A stretch of DNA of 58,464 nucleotides, counting the filler, from Bipalium vagum (lineage: Eukaryota), in NCBI GenBank assembly GCA_037834085.1. It is 3 parts of 3 records of this genome, joined end to end, with 100 filler letters (N's around TTAATTAATTAA, not from the genome) between each part and the next. Parts side by side here need not be neighbours in the genome. Positions count along the whole stretch, not along the records: positions 23,585 to 41,484 come from JBBMKC010047081.1; 2 more parts are not named here. One strand, written 5' to 3'. Each line of letters begins with the position of its first letter. The stretch's first letter is position 1. Below are positions 23,868-38,214 of this stretch, piece after piece. Both the position numbers and the translations under genes were made by a program. The notes below the pieces were generated by a model, which made no database searches, was not told where the DNA came from, and was given only the letters and a program-made list of their open reading frames with translations.

Positions 23868-24900
23868 ACAGTCGAACCTGATTTTTAAACCACAGATTTC
23901 AGAGAATTTTCATACATAATATTACAAAATTGTTCTATTTTTCGAAAAAGGTTAAAATAATTATGAAAGAAAATTAAATATTTTATATTAGGTCAGACAT
24001 AATTCTGAACAAAATCGAATTAAAAGTTGAGACTACGAAAATTTTTGAGAAATCCGGTATCGAAAAACTATTGTCGTAGGAAATGAATTATAAGTTTAAC
24101 TTATTAATTGATAAATTAGGAATTAGGTAATCTAATTTAATCGTTTATATGAGCTGGTAATAATATATAAATGTCTTTCATAAAATTACAAAAACAGTGT
24201 CACACAATTCAGAGTTGAACATTGAAATTAATTTTCAAATATTGGAGAGAAGATATATTTATTGACGATTTTTGGCCATAAATAATATAAATTAATTTAT
24301 TGGTCTTTCTTTTAAATTATACCACATTTTAAATGCTGACAGTCAGCTGATGAAATTATACATAATACAATAGGTAACTTTGTTACTATATTAAATACTT
24401 CTATAAATATTAAACATTTCTCCTCACTTAACTATTTTTACTTTTGAAGTGCTGAAGTAAATAAGGTAAGTGATAATTTTAAGGAATGCTTTCTTACTGC
24501 CTGTAAAACTTACAAAAAGGAAACGTTATTAAAGGATTTTAAGTTTTCTAAACTCTAAAAATTAAAAAAATTGAAATACATATTACTAAAACATGACATG
24601 ATCTGCTAACTTTATGTAACTCTTTGATATCAGAAACTCTTTCATGGTATCATAACGCATTCATACCTCATTTCGTTATGCACAATAAAAAATAATCAAT
24701 ATTAACATTTGAAAATCTTTAATTCAAAAGAATTATGATATCCTAAACACCGCAGTTTTTGCGCTTGAAATTTAACCTTATAATAAATAGCACGACAATC
24801 GTAATCGTTAATGTATTCGTCAATAAACAATGTTTTTAATATAAGAGATTTAAAAATAAATTCTAAAGAAAAATGAAATTTTATTTAAAATGAGTAAACT
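23868..24900 (-). mobile_element. Very decayed pogo/Tigger-like remnant
   Basis: TIR-like TACAGTCGAACC at the left end and minus-strand remnants LPAH...FDTGFLKNFRS. Confidence 0.35.
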
Positions 24901-25452
24901 TTCCCACAAATTCAGAAAATCTAATTCTTACCTTTTATTTCAGTCTAAAAATCACTCACTTGGTGATCAATCAAGACTATTCCCAAATCCCTTTTGGAAA
25001 AATAACCAAAACAATTTTTTTTTCAAGTTGTAATGAAATCGGTTGTCAACTGAGATATACCGAAATTTGGCTTGGAGATTTCCAGGACCATTACAGAATT
25101 AGCTTTCAAAAACAAAGTTCTACTAAATTAAATCTCTTCAAAAAACAAAAAAATCAATCCAATCTCTATTTTTTAGATAATCATCATCGTTTTCAATCGA
25201 TCAAAAGGATGATCAGAATATGTTTTCCTTGACAAAAAGACTTTCAGGATTGATCTTTAAGTGAAACAACAATCAATAAATACGTTCATCACGATATTAA
25301 CAAAATAAAACCAAAAAGATGCGCAGTTATGTATTGCACGTTTACAAAAATAAAACGAATACAGAGAGAATACTAAAAATGATAACCATGGTAACAGATA
25401 AAATACTATACACATTATTATTATTAATGTTATATTATTATTATTAATGTTA

Positions 25453-25498
<46 letters not shown>

Positions 25499-25629
25499 GA
25501 TTTATTTGAGCATGACAAGACAAAATCAGTTATGAATGATCTCAATGAAAAATGTCACCGCCTAAAACGTGTCTGTGTTTGTCGATAGGGTAAAGAGGGA
25601 TGGACATTAGTAAGTACAACTTTCCCGGA

Positions 25630-28600
25630 TTACATGTCATTTTCTGGAGTCCTCTTGGACTGACCACCGCCTTTCATTTTTTCTCCATAAATATTCAATC
25701 CAGCAATATTGCGATCCGAAGGTCGAAAGCGATCACCACAAATTTTCGATTCAAATTTTTTCAATTTGCGAATTGTTTTCTTGAAGTTCTTGTTTTTCTT
25801 TTTCCACTTGGTCAGCAAGGTCAAAGTAAAGATTCGTTCATGAACGACGCCCAACAACAGCCATCGACCCTTTCGAATTTTATTGTTATCGATCTGATCG
25901 CACAAACATGGAATCTCAATTGGATACGATAGGAACGGCAAATCTGTAGAGTTGGCCTTGAGAATTTTGCTCTTTTTGTGCAAATGGATCGTGTATCGCG
26001 ATTTTTCAATGGTCTTCAGTTCAGAAATCTTTGCTCTGATGGCTGTAAAAGTCACAATGAAAGTTGAGCACGATGTACTAAGATAAATAAAAAATTTAAT
26101 ATATACCGGTTGTGGCCGAACAATAGTGCTTATTGATATTGTTGGAACCAAATAGAGACAAGCAATCACATCCTGAATGGCACAAAATGAATCAGTGATG
26201 GATTGAAATTTTCTATTTACCTTTTCGAGACCAGTTTTTGGAATTATCGCCATATTTAACTGAATTTCCTCCTTGAACTGAAAAACAATCAACCAATAAT
26301 TCTTTAATTGTAAAACAGATGGAAGAGTTTGAAAATAAAAAACACTGAAAATCTTAGAACACGCTAGGGTCGATTACAAGAACCAGAGAGATGAGGGTAA
26401 TCCAAAATTTATTTTAAACAAATTGATAAATTAAAAACAATACCAAAAAACCAAGGAGTAGAGTAGTCCTAAAATAGAAAAGAACCAAGGTAAAGTTCAA
26501 GTTAAAGTTTTTGAAAAGATACTGATATTTATCAAAATTATCAATCTTCAAATGTTCCTGTCATCTTTATGTTATTATAATAATCATTTTACAGAGTGAT
26601 TCAAAAAACACAGGGAAAAATAAAAACAAGTCGTTTTTTGTATATTGACTCAATTTTATTTAAAACGGCATTAACGACAACAACAAATACAACTATTCAA
26701 TCTCAAAATGTCCACTCTTGTTTTCATTGAACATTTTTAATCTCTTTTGGAAGGTATACACTGCTTTATAGGTGGGTTTTAATTGGTGACTTTGCACACA
26801 TTAATTAAAATTTTCCTTCAGCGTTTATTTTGAGTTATGTCTCTTTGAGTAGTTTCCTGATCAATTAGCACACCCAATTAAATGTCTTCGTGTCCATAGA
26901 TTAAACTTTTGGTAACAAATTCTCGATAACCCCCCTTTAACATTGACACTAAAAATAAACGTCAATGGACTGTTGTCTCTCGGAGTGACTCGAGCCCAGA
27001 TCATAATTCTATAACCATAATTCGTTCTTCAAGAGGAAGAGGCTGTACTGAGCAATTTCGATTCTTTTGGGAGTTGTATCTCTGTTTAATATAGAACCAT
27101 TTTTCATCCATAAACAAAAAAAATCTGTCTTGTGCGAAATCTTTTCTAAAACTTCTGGCATCTATGCAAACGTTTTTCGGTCGCTACTTTGTTCAGAAGC
27201 TGCCTCTAACATTTTTTGTGGATCCTCCTTTGCACTGAACTGGGTGATATCCAAATGGCTTTCACAATATTTCTCGTTGAGTTATTTAAGCTGCTCGGAT
27301 TTCTTTGTATTCTTCCCTTAATTATTTTCTTCTTACTTGGTCTTTTTGCCGTTCTAGCTCGTATACTTCAAAGTTTTTTTTATCAATGTCAGTTTTATAA
27401 AAACCACTTTATAATATTAGTACGCAGTTCATTTTGGAAAATTTTATATTTCTCGATAATGTTATCCATTATGGAAAAGATATAAAATTGATTTTCTGTG
27501 CTCCGACATACTACGATTTGAAATATAAAAAAAAGAATTAACCCAATAAGTTAATTATCCAAATCAAGTTATTATAATACTAAAAATTCTAAATTTTAAT
27601 TTTATCCAGTTTTTTTGAAACGCTCTGTATTTTATTAATTCTTTGAATTTTGTGATATCAATGTAAATCATTTTCGAAAACTTTTCACTGTTTGTTTGTT
27701 CCAAAAGTTCTTAATTCAATTCCAAAAACAATGCAAATCAACTAGAGTGATCATAAGAGGTATCAGAACAGGTAAAACTTAAAAATGCTACATAATATAT
27801 TTTGTCATTCAGATAATAATCGTCTCTTCTCCGTTTATTATTTAATTCATATTTCTTGAATAAAATACAAAAGGAATTCATTCATCTTATTGTAAAGCGG
27901 TAAGAGTTATATAGAATACCGAGAACAGGAAAAAATCTTTCTGATATTGAAAATATTCATAGAAAAATTGGCAAGGAATAGGATACAAGGAATGTATTCA
28001 CAATTAAAATATATTTTAGAAATTCTTTCATTGGTAAACAATAATTGATGTTTATAACAATTTAATTTTTCTTCTTGTACCAAATACTTTTTTATAAAAT
28101 TTGTAAAAATTAAATATCTAAAAATCGTTTTATATTTTCCTATAATCTTTCTCTTTTAAATTGTTGAAATATCTGAATTCTATTATAGACATCTTTACAA
28201 ACGGTCTACCAATATGACGTTTGCCTATTCCCTCCATTTTCTCTCACCTAATTTACTCAAATCTGTACTACATAAAAACCTTCACAGAATTTTAGCCAAA
28301 ATGTTTTAAGCAATGTCACACTTAATTCTTACAAACAACACAAAATCATTGTAAGAAATTTTTAAAAGTTATTATAGATATCATAATTAATAAATAATTA
28401 AAAAAATAATTAAGATTCAATTATGTTTGAATTTTTATAACATTCACAATAGTTTCACTAAAATACTTTATTTATTTATTGAGAATATTAAAACTGAACA
28501 AAATAAAACTAAAATGAATGTTTTCTTAAAAAATATTTCATTCTTTAATAACGAAAAATTAATTTTCTCAATTTTTAATTAATTCTTTTTCATGCTGCAA

Positions 28601-31600
28601 TTATTAAATTAATTTTCAATTTTAAAATCTTCAAAGTTTTTAATAATTCGATGGTTTAAGGCAAACTTAATTTTAAAATTTAAATGTTGATTAATTTATT
28701 AATCGTTAAATTGATTAAATTAAATGAAATAACTATTTTTAATTATTGGAATAAATATTGTAAAAAGTATTAAGATATATTTTATTTTTTCTGAAATTTT
28801 TAATTTCCCAAAAGAATCACATTACCCTTATGACTTTTTATTTTCACGATGGTTAATGAACATTTTTTGAAATATCAACCAATCACTAAAAAAAAGTTCA
28901 AGTACATTACAGTGATTTGATCAAAACAAAAAATGAATTATATTATGAATACTTTTTATTAGATAACGATTTTTAGAAACTCAAACCTAATCATTAAAAA
29001 CTGTCCAATAAAAATTGTTATTATAATTTACAATACCCAAAAACTGCGTGTATAATTAAAATAGAAGTTCGGAAAAAAATGACGTGAAATTTTACATGTT
29101 TGTAAAATGTCACAAATGATCTTTCCATTGACTAAATCACGAAAAACAGTGTAACACAAATTCTCATAATAGAAACCGTGGTGAATAAAAAGAAGTTATA
29201 AATTTGAAGTTTTAAGAATTTAAGTAATTATTATTTAATAATTTTTGAATACCCGTCAAGTTTTAACTATATTTTCTGCTTCACAAATAGAAAAGTTAAA
29301 TTCTATTAAGTGCAAGAAATATTTTAGAAAATTTGAGAACTGTTTTTTTATTTTCGAAAAAAAGGGATGTTTTAAATAATCTTAAAATTCTATTTCTAAA
29401 TTGATTTACAGTTCAAAATATATAATATTCCCAAACTCTTAAGATAAATTTGGGTCGAGGTACGATTTGAAAAGTAAAGTTTAGGTTGGATAAAAAGATT
29501 TAGTCAGAGTTTTCAAGATAAGTCAATAATTTATATTATTATAGTAATATATTTTCCAGAATTTTTTGGAAAATTATCTGATAACCCTTCAGATTACTAA
29601 ATAATACACACCTCAAATTCTAACCTCCTTAAATCTGTTTTCATTGATCGAGCAGTTTTAAATTCCTAATTAATGTATCTTAAGCTCTTTGAGTTTTCAA
29701 AGAAATTTAAGCATATTTTTCTCTTACTGTGACATTTAAAGCAAAAATGATATAGAATTTTCTTTACTTATTTTCCAGATAATATTTTGGTTTCATCATC
29801 ACCCTCTGGTTCTTAGTATAGATACTTACTTGAGGGGTTGGCAATGTTTAATTTAATATGACATTTATCATTACGCTTGAAATTCTTTACAATTTAAATC
29901 AATTCTTGATAGATGTTTAATTGAAAACGATTAACATTTTTAAAATCTAAAACTTTAATGATATCTAACGCCATTAAATGGCAAATTAATTTGTTTTCAG
30001 AGACAATTTTTCTTGAGAAATAGATAAGGACTGAACCATACCAATATCGCTATCTAGAAATTGGTACCGCATTACTTTCTAAAATGTTTCTGATCAAAAT
30101 AAATCGGTTTATTCAGGAATTGCATTAATCCATTTGGACTTCACAAAATTTTTCATTAATTTATTTAAATATTATCAAAGCAATTACTTAATATAATTAA
30201 AGATTGACTTTCAAAATAAGACAATATAAAAAGAGGACAACTAAAATTTCCAAAGAACTAAGATCTTCATTTGAAAATGGTTGGTAAAAATGAATATGAG
30301 AAATTTGTAAGCGAAACAGAAAATTTTTAAATATCTACAAAAGAACAAATGGAATAGATGTATCATCATAGCAACAAAATTATTAGTTAAAAGTTTTAAC
30401 TAATAATTTTGTTGCCATGATGAAACATCTATTCCATTCATATTAGTTTTAACTTAAAACTGATCGGAAATAGTAAGAGCGGATCATATTAAAGTTCAAT
30501 GTAATTAATCCAGCCAAAGACTTTTCTCAATTATAAATCACATATTAAGCATATATCCTTACCACTGGGTCATTGTGGCTATAAATTATTAATAGAAATT
30601 ATTTGGATGTTTTCAATAATCGAAATGGATAAAAAAAGTTTTAATATAAAATAATTTGAAAACAAATTTTTGAAAATCGTTTCGATTATTATTAATCGTA
30701 TTAAAAATAACAGGAATAGGCATTAAGAAATATTAAAAACCGTTATTATTTTACAAGACAACATTATTTTTTAGTATTTACACGTTGACGAAAACGTAAT
30801 ATTCTTGTTAGTTTAAATGACTGCTATCGCTGTCTTGCACCGTAACGTGATAATATTATTGAGTCTGTCAAGTTTTACATTTCATTACTTAAAAAGAATT
30901 TCGTAAATAATTTTAAACTTTATCATAGTATAATATTAAGCCCATTAAGCACCTGGTTCAAATCAATAATTAAAATTGATTTATTGTTAATTTATAAGCC
31001 AATTAATAATATCAATGTTTCATTAATTAAAAATTTATTTCCTATTTGGTGATATTCAAATATTTTTCGGGATATTTTCGCTTTCATCTTTTATCATTTT
31101 TGGCCTTTTGCCAAGTATTTGCTAAGGGTGACATATTTGTATCCAATAAAACGGAACAAATCAATCGTGAAGTGTTAACGTTACCGTTCAAGATTCCCAC
31201 TGTGAAAAATTAGTAAATTTTCACTTAATCTCCGCATATAAACATAGATTATGGGTGGCATTTTTGGTTCAAAATTGACATTGTTCAATTCCCAGCATGA
31301 CACTTTCAATATCCATGGTAACAGTGATTGACATGGAACTATTGGGGTAAAATAAGAAATTCTAAAGTCTGACTAGGAATGTGCGATTATTAAACTTATG
31401 AACCATGGGTAAAGGATTGACCTTATTACTAAAGATTATAATGAAACTCAAATGGAATCAATAATACAAGGAAAGAGATATTAACGGTATTCAATACCAT
31501 AATAAACTCAGTAAAACAATTACCTGGTGCTTCTGTACCTCTAATACATAGCCCGGCAAATTTCTGTGGGAATTTATCACAATGGAGAATGTCTGGCCAC

Positions 31601-32025
31601 TTGTACCCATACGTCAGCATCGACGGTGAACAGGCCTTCTTGACACTGAGACAAAGTTCGCGACACGGTTGGATTTTCCGAATGGGTTCGTTGGGAACAC
31701 AAACAGGAGCGTACAGAGAGCAGAGGAATCGTCTTGTGTCGTTGTGACAATTGAATTCCGTGAGTCTTTGCCAGTCTTTGGACGACAGAGTGGCTTCAGC
31801 AATCGTTTCGTGTTGGAGAAAGTTGGGTAGAATCATTTTCTTGTAGCCGATATTTTTGCACAGACTGAAATCGTCGGGAATGACATGACACCGATGAGAG
31901 CTGTATCCGTAAATGAGATTGTTCCATTCGGGAATTTCGTTTTTCGATCTGTGGGGATATGCCCAGAGAAACGAGATACAACAGCAAGTTGAAAGCAAAA
32001 CCAAAACCAAAATCGTATTGATCAT
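25630..32025 (-). CDS. sFRP: Secreted frizzled-related protein (signal peptide, Fz CRD, NTR domain), 345 aa
   Basis: Exons 31524-32025, 26221-26277, 26107-26172 and 25630-26042, all with phase-1 GT-AG junctions. 10-Cys CRD (CHVIP..LCKNIGYKKMILPNFLQHET..FLCSLYAPVC..PCRELC..WPDILHCDKFP) and NTR domain (CDC..YCS..AIRAKI..CLCDQ..WLLLG..KW). No transmembrane region. Confidence 0.93.
26590..27629 (-). mobile_element. Decayed Tc1/mariner-superfamily (maT-like) element in the sFRP intron
   Basis: TIRs TACAGAG[T/C]G[A/T]TTCAAAAAA at both ends. Remnants RTAKRP..IKGRIQRNP..STR, DEKWFNI-like and IMIWA. Confidence 0.8.
30348..30438. repeat. 91-bp near-perfect palindrome
   Basis: 45-bp arms with 2 mismatches and a 1-nt spacer at 30393. 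Confidence 0.95.
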
Positions 32026-35000
32026 CGAGCCCTGTGGATTTGAGGATGTCGTTTTTTTTGTACAATTCCAAAAAAATGGCCATATAAATTGCAAATAACC
32101 GATTTAAATAAGTGTATTGCAGCACCATTTCTCTATTCCCGCGTCATGCTGGTTCTGGTGAAGCACACCGACGAAGCAGACAGTCGCGTGTACCAACGGT
32201 TTCGTGGCTGTCGTTCAACAGACTGTAACAATTCCCCGATTCAATAAGGCGGGAAAATTAATATGTTTATGAATAAATGTCAAGGAAATCCCGACTACTT
32301 TTTATTATACCTACCAGTGTCAAAAAATTATATTCCAATCAGCGATCAGTGATAAATTCTAAAGATAAATATTTTCCAGCGAATCTGCTTTTAACATTAT
32401 TTAATTGATGAATATCAAATCAGCCATTAAAATTAAGTACCATGGAACTGAAACTAAATAAATTAAAAATTGAAAATGTTTCCATTTTTTGCCCGTAATA
32501 AGCTTCAAATTACTTTTGATACACACCCTGTGCAAATTAACTAATATGCCTAATATTTTCAAAAAAATCACACCGTTTCCATTATGGAAAACATCAAGTA
32601 ACTGTCAAAGTTTGCTTTTTCATGATAAATATGTGTAATAATAAGTGTTTAACTCTTAACATGTCAGTCCGGGAAAAAGAATCCTATTAAGTCAATAAAT
32701 ACGATAATATAACATTTATTTAATTTGAAAATATACTTTGATTAAACAAAGCATGATTTTAATTTATAATAAAAATTTTAATAATTTTTAAATTACTATT
32801 GGCTAGGATTTGGTTTTATTGGGGTTTTCAGCAATATTTGAAGACTCTAAAAATGAGATTGTAAAAAACGATAGTTTCTTTATTTTTCTTTCAAAATTTG
32901 TAAAATGTGTTATAATAATTATTTATTTCAACAGTCACGAACTGGATTAGTCATTGATTTAGATTAATAATCCTTTTCTCATTAGAATTAATGTTTTGTG
33001 CTATGCTGTTATCATGATACTTTTCTTTTGCAATTATTCAGGAATATATAAAACAACATAATATAATACATCAAATAATTTTTCATTACTGAATATTGAA
33101 CCGAAAGTTATTCAATATTAACAAGAGGACTTCGTGATAATATTTAAATTATAAATATAATTTCAACTAGTAAAAAATAATTTTAGCACGATTAAAGACA
33201 TTTTCCATTGTCATATAAATACTAGTAAATATATTAAAGCTTAGTCTTTCTAATTCAAAACCACAAATAGAAGGGTAATCATGGAAACAGTTACTAAAAC
33301 GGAATCACATTGTTCAGAAAGGTAATCATTCAGCTCTCAAATAAATTTTATTTAAGAATTTATTTTTTAATAATTAATAACTGCGTACGAGTCAAATAAT
33401 ATATTTTTTTAAAAATTCTCGTAGAAATTATTTGTTTTTAGGTGAAAAAAAAATATATATTTAAAAGAATCAATAAATACAGAGTTTATAAAAAAGCTTA
33501 TTCACTTTAAAAATTCACAAAATATCTATGGAGGCTTATGGTGGTGATACATCATCAAAAGAAGCACGCAAGAATTTCTTATTATACTTCAGAAAAAATA
33601 AATATGAGTCTGTCAAAAGAAACAAAGTATTTATTGGATGTTGATTATGATTATTTAATATTTGTTTATATTCGATACTTTGAGGTTAAGGAAGCTATAT
33701 AAAAATGTTTATAAGCAATGGAATACATACAACTGGGCTAGTGAGATCATCAAGATGTGATCAATACTAAGATTTAAAATCCGGTCAAATGGCTTAATGG
33801 GACTGGTATCAACATAAGTTTGAAGGTTAGTAGGCCACTATTGTGTGAACAACAACAATTGTATGACATTAGAAAGTAATTCGTTATTCAGATTTATCTA
33901 ATTACTTTATTGAAAACTATCAGGAAAAATCTTGAAATTTATTTTAAAGTTTCATTCTTACTTTCACAGATATTTTTTAAATATCTTAAGTAAAAAAATT
34001 ATTAAAATTTATAATGGAACAATAGGATAATCACCATTTGTGAGGATTACCTTAGTGGAAATGAAGTCAGTATAATTTGATAATTTCAATTTTAAAACCA
34101 TTTATTTTCTTGAAAATTTTTCTGAATCAAATCTAAATATCATAAAACAGTTTTAAAACAATACAAATGTTCATCATTCAATCAACATTAATTTTAAGGG
34201 GATAATTTTAGTACAATGACTTTGAGAACGAAATAATAATTATTATTTTTATTATATTATATTTACTTAAATAACAGCTATTTTAAATAACACTTTGTTT
34301 GTATGTATAAATATAATTCTAGAAAATGACTTTAAACATTGATAATCACTACTTTTATATATTTTTACAGAACGCCAACGGACTTTTTCTAATCAAATTA
34401 GAGAATTTTATTAGCCAAAGGCCTTTGCCTCTATGACAATTTTATTTTAAAGAATAAAGATTGAACCTTTTAATAAAATTTATCAGGAGAAATAATTTTC
34501 TCAATTAAAATAATTGTATGTCCTCATTGGAGAAATAAATATAGAGCTAATTTTTTTATTATATTATTATTATATTATTATATTATTACTATATTGAATT
34601 TTTAATGATTTTTTATATTATCGATTATATTTTTATGTGCTAAATTACATTTTAAAGTTTTAATACCCTTTCAAAATAATTTATATAAAATAATAATAAT
34701 AAATGTTTTTAAATTAGTTTCATTTGTGTTTATTAAAACTTTGGTGCGACATAATCAAGTTTTAAAGGAGTCTCAATAGAAGTTTGGTTAATAAGTTAAA
34801 AAGTTGTCAAAATTATCCTAGAATGTCTAAGATATTTTTAAATTTTATCTTTCTATTTCGACATTTTATAAGTTTTCAACTATTTAAAGGTCCACTGTAC
34901 TTAACATTCCTTAATCATTTTTATTGGTTATTTTATTGTGTCTGAGAATGATAATATTGGATATTCATGTTACCTTCATTTTTATTGATATTAAATAATT

Positions 35001-35267
35001 TCATTGAGATTTTTTATCAATATTGTATGTTGCTTAAAATTAAAAAAGTTTTTATATTTGTATAATTATATTAAAGGATTTTTCAAGAAATAAATTACGA
35101 AGATTTCAATGGTTATTATTGTAATGAGAGATTTTTAAATAATTAAAAATTAATTAATTGTAATTAAGTTAGACTTAAACAAAATATGATAAAAATGATA
35201 TTTTATAATTAATGAAAACTTGTTTTGATTATTTTGATTGAGAGTTTTTAACATTGTTAAAATTAGG

Positions 35268-35660
35268 TATTAGGTCATTACATTTAAGACAAACATTTAT
35301 TATAGAAATCTTTAAGAAGGAGCAAAGGAATCATAGAAGTATGCACCATCAGAAAGAATAGACTTCTGTCATCTTGTCTGTTGGTCTGAATGCCTCCATC
35401 GAAAAACTTTGTTTTGAGGGAATCAATAAATTGAGTGAAGGTACTTTGGACAGGGTCAGCAGAATTGAAAATTTTTCCTTGTAAGAAGTTGTCCAAATTC
35501 TGAAAAAAACAATAGTCTGTAGATGAAATAAGGAGAATAAGAAGTATCATCGATTTTTTCTAAATTCATCTCCAAAATGTTTAATTGAATCCGATTTGCA
35601 ACATGCAAACGGACATTGTCATGGAGCAGAATTGGTTTATTTCTATTGGCCAATTTTGAC
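35268..35660 (-). mobile_element. mariner 3' fragment (cecropia-like)
   Basis: PILLHDNVRLHVA...SYSP...STDYCFFQNLDNFLQGKIFNS, with a TATTAGGT TIR end. Confidence 0.85.
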
Positions 35661-37129
35661 TGTTTCTTTAAAATATTTATTTACGTATGATAATCTGAAT
35701 TTGTTAGGACTAAATTTTAATAATATTAAAAATTATTTCTTGTTTTAACCGATGTACATTCTATTTAATTTTACACATTATTTTCATGCCAATTGTTCGG
35801 TAAATTTAAAAAGTTTAGAAATAAATGTTATTATAAACAAAGTAAATAATACAATATACATAAATATTCACAAAAACAAATTTTCAATTTAATTTCAAGA
35901 TAAATATAAGAGTTGCATGCCCCTTAAATATTCAAATTCTATTTCCCATATGGAAATAAGAAAAAACGTCTGCACAGGAAAACAAAGTCCACAGAAAAGA
36001 TTTATTGGAAAATTATTTATTTTATTTTTCTTTAAAACATTTTGACGAAACATGTTCAATCAAAGAATAAAAACTCAATTAAAATAATTTTATTATGTAT
36101 TAATTTTAATAATGAATAATTTCAAACTTTGTTTCATCACGTTTTTCTCTTAGGGAAAAAAAGAAAATTTATTTAACGCAATTGTTTTCTATTTCAGTTT
36201 TGGGTCATAAATTTATACGAATGGAAAAAATTTCCAGTCTATTTCCTGGCTTCATTAAAGTAATTAAATAGGACAATTTTATATTATTAAGAAAATAGAA
36301 ACACATGGAATAAGCATATTGAAATTCAATCAATTCACTGAAGCACATAATTAAAAATCTTTTCATAAAAATAAAATTTATATCTCGTCTATGTATTCTA
36401 TATATTACCTCTACGGTCCATTAAGTATGAAAGTATTTAGCTGAAATAATTCACAATTTAAAATATTTAATTAATTTCGAAAATATGCAAAATTTGTTCC
36501 TTATCTGATAATCTTTTGAAACTGAAGAATAAATTTTTTAGAAAATAAGTTAAGCCTCATTACTTTTTAAATAAAACAACAACAATATAATAATAATAAT
36601 AATAAAAAAGTAATAATAAAAAAATAATATTCTTAAATGTTTTTAAAGAAATGGATACAAATTTAAGTTAAAAGTTTTAAAATAAGTTCAAATTGACTTT
36701 AGTCAAGGGGACTTCAGTTTGATATGTGTCAGAAAGGAAGAATTGCAAGAAAATTTATTAAAGAGTTACACATTAAAACAAATTTTATTTGAAACTTAAA
36801 GCTTACCAAAAATTTTATTTTAAGAAAGAGTAATATTTTTATTGCTTTGCAAGAGAAAAAATTACAATTTTTTAACTGTTATCAAAAGAGAATTCTCGTC
36901 TTTATTCCGATTTCAGCAAAGACAATAATTTTGATATAGTTTTTTTTATTTAATAACATTCGGAATAATTTTTGTAATTTTCATAAATATAAAGTTGGGA
37001 CCAGTTTTAGACCATCTAAAATAAATTTAGAAATAATAATTCGGGATTTAAAGGAGAAATATCTTTGTTGTTCGAAATTATAATTAGTTAATAAAATTTT
37101 GCTTTTGTTATTATTTGGAAAATTATTTG

Positions 37130-37870
37130 CAAGGTGGTGCAGTGCTTCTCACTAAGTATTACTGTTTAAATTATCACAACAAAGGCATTATCAAGTTAAT
37201 AGGAAAATACATGATGTGATAATAAAGTTCCAGGACTTGAGCTCTACAAAATAAAAGGCACACAAGACAACAATAAATTACATTTTCATTGCTCAAAGTA
37301 GTCATCATTGACTTGAATACACCTAGTACATATTTTATACAAAACGCCAAAACCATTTTTAAAGTCATCTTTTGGAATACTCTCCAGTTTTCTTGAATTA
37401 TCCTCAATATCTTGAAACTTTCTTCCTTTAAGTATGGGTTTTTAGCTTTGAGAATAGCATGAAATCTACTGGATGGTTAATCACAAAACCATTTTGATCA
37501 GCCAGAAAACTCTATGATTATTGAGTTATAAGGTGTGTTATTATGCAGTAAACTCAAACTTCCTTTAGTACTGTACTGAAGTCTAATTCTGAAAATTCTT
37601 TTCAAAAGCCAAGACATCACTTCTTTGTAATAAACACCATTGACCCTTTATCAAAAGGCAGAAATTATTTTTGAATGACCCCCTCAGAATCAAAAAACGT
37701 AATCAGGAGGGTTTTAATATTTAATTTTTGTAGTCACAACGTTTTTGGTTTTAGAGAAGTCTTTGAACATTATTGCATGTTCTATCGTTAGATTTCAGGA
37801 TCATATTGAGAACACCACGACTTATCACCATTAACAATTGATTTGATAAAATTTGGGTTTTTTTTAATAA
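37130..37870 (-). mobile_element. Decayed mariner (irritans-like) fragment
   Basis: FIKSIVNGDKSWCSQYDPE...KTLLITFFDSEGVI...VNGVYYKEV. Confidence 0.8.
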
Positions 37871-38214
37871 AATAAATAAGATTTAAACTGGGCCACCTTT
37901 CTTAGTTAATTAGTTAAACTTAAAGCTCATCATTTTGATTTTAGAAATAATGACAAATAAAAATAAAAAATTTTAGAATTTTTTTTTCGATGAGCTGAAT
38001 TATATTGGCAAATTAAGACAGAAACCATATATATTTAAAACACAATTACTTCCATTTATTGTTACTTAAATGAGCTCTTAAAATTTCAGTCATTTTTTCG
38101 ACCTTTTCTTCTACAGTTTTAACCGGTTTTTAATATTATAAATTGCATCTCAGCATCAAATATTTATTGTAGAAAAAGAATGATAAATACGCTTTCTACA
38201 AAGTTAAATCTAAA

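Noticed and set aside
25630-26292. 220-aa single ORF as an independent gene
   Set aside because: Only the 3' part (NTR domain) is coding in this frame. The rest is sFRP introns and exons read in another frame.
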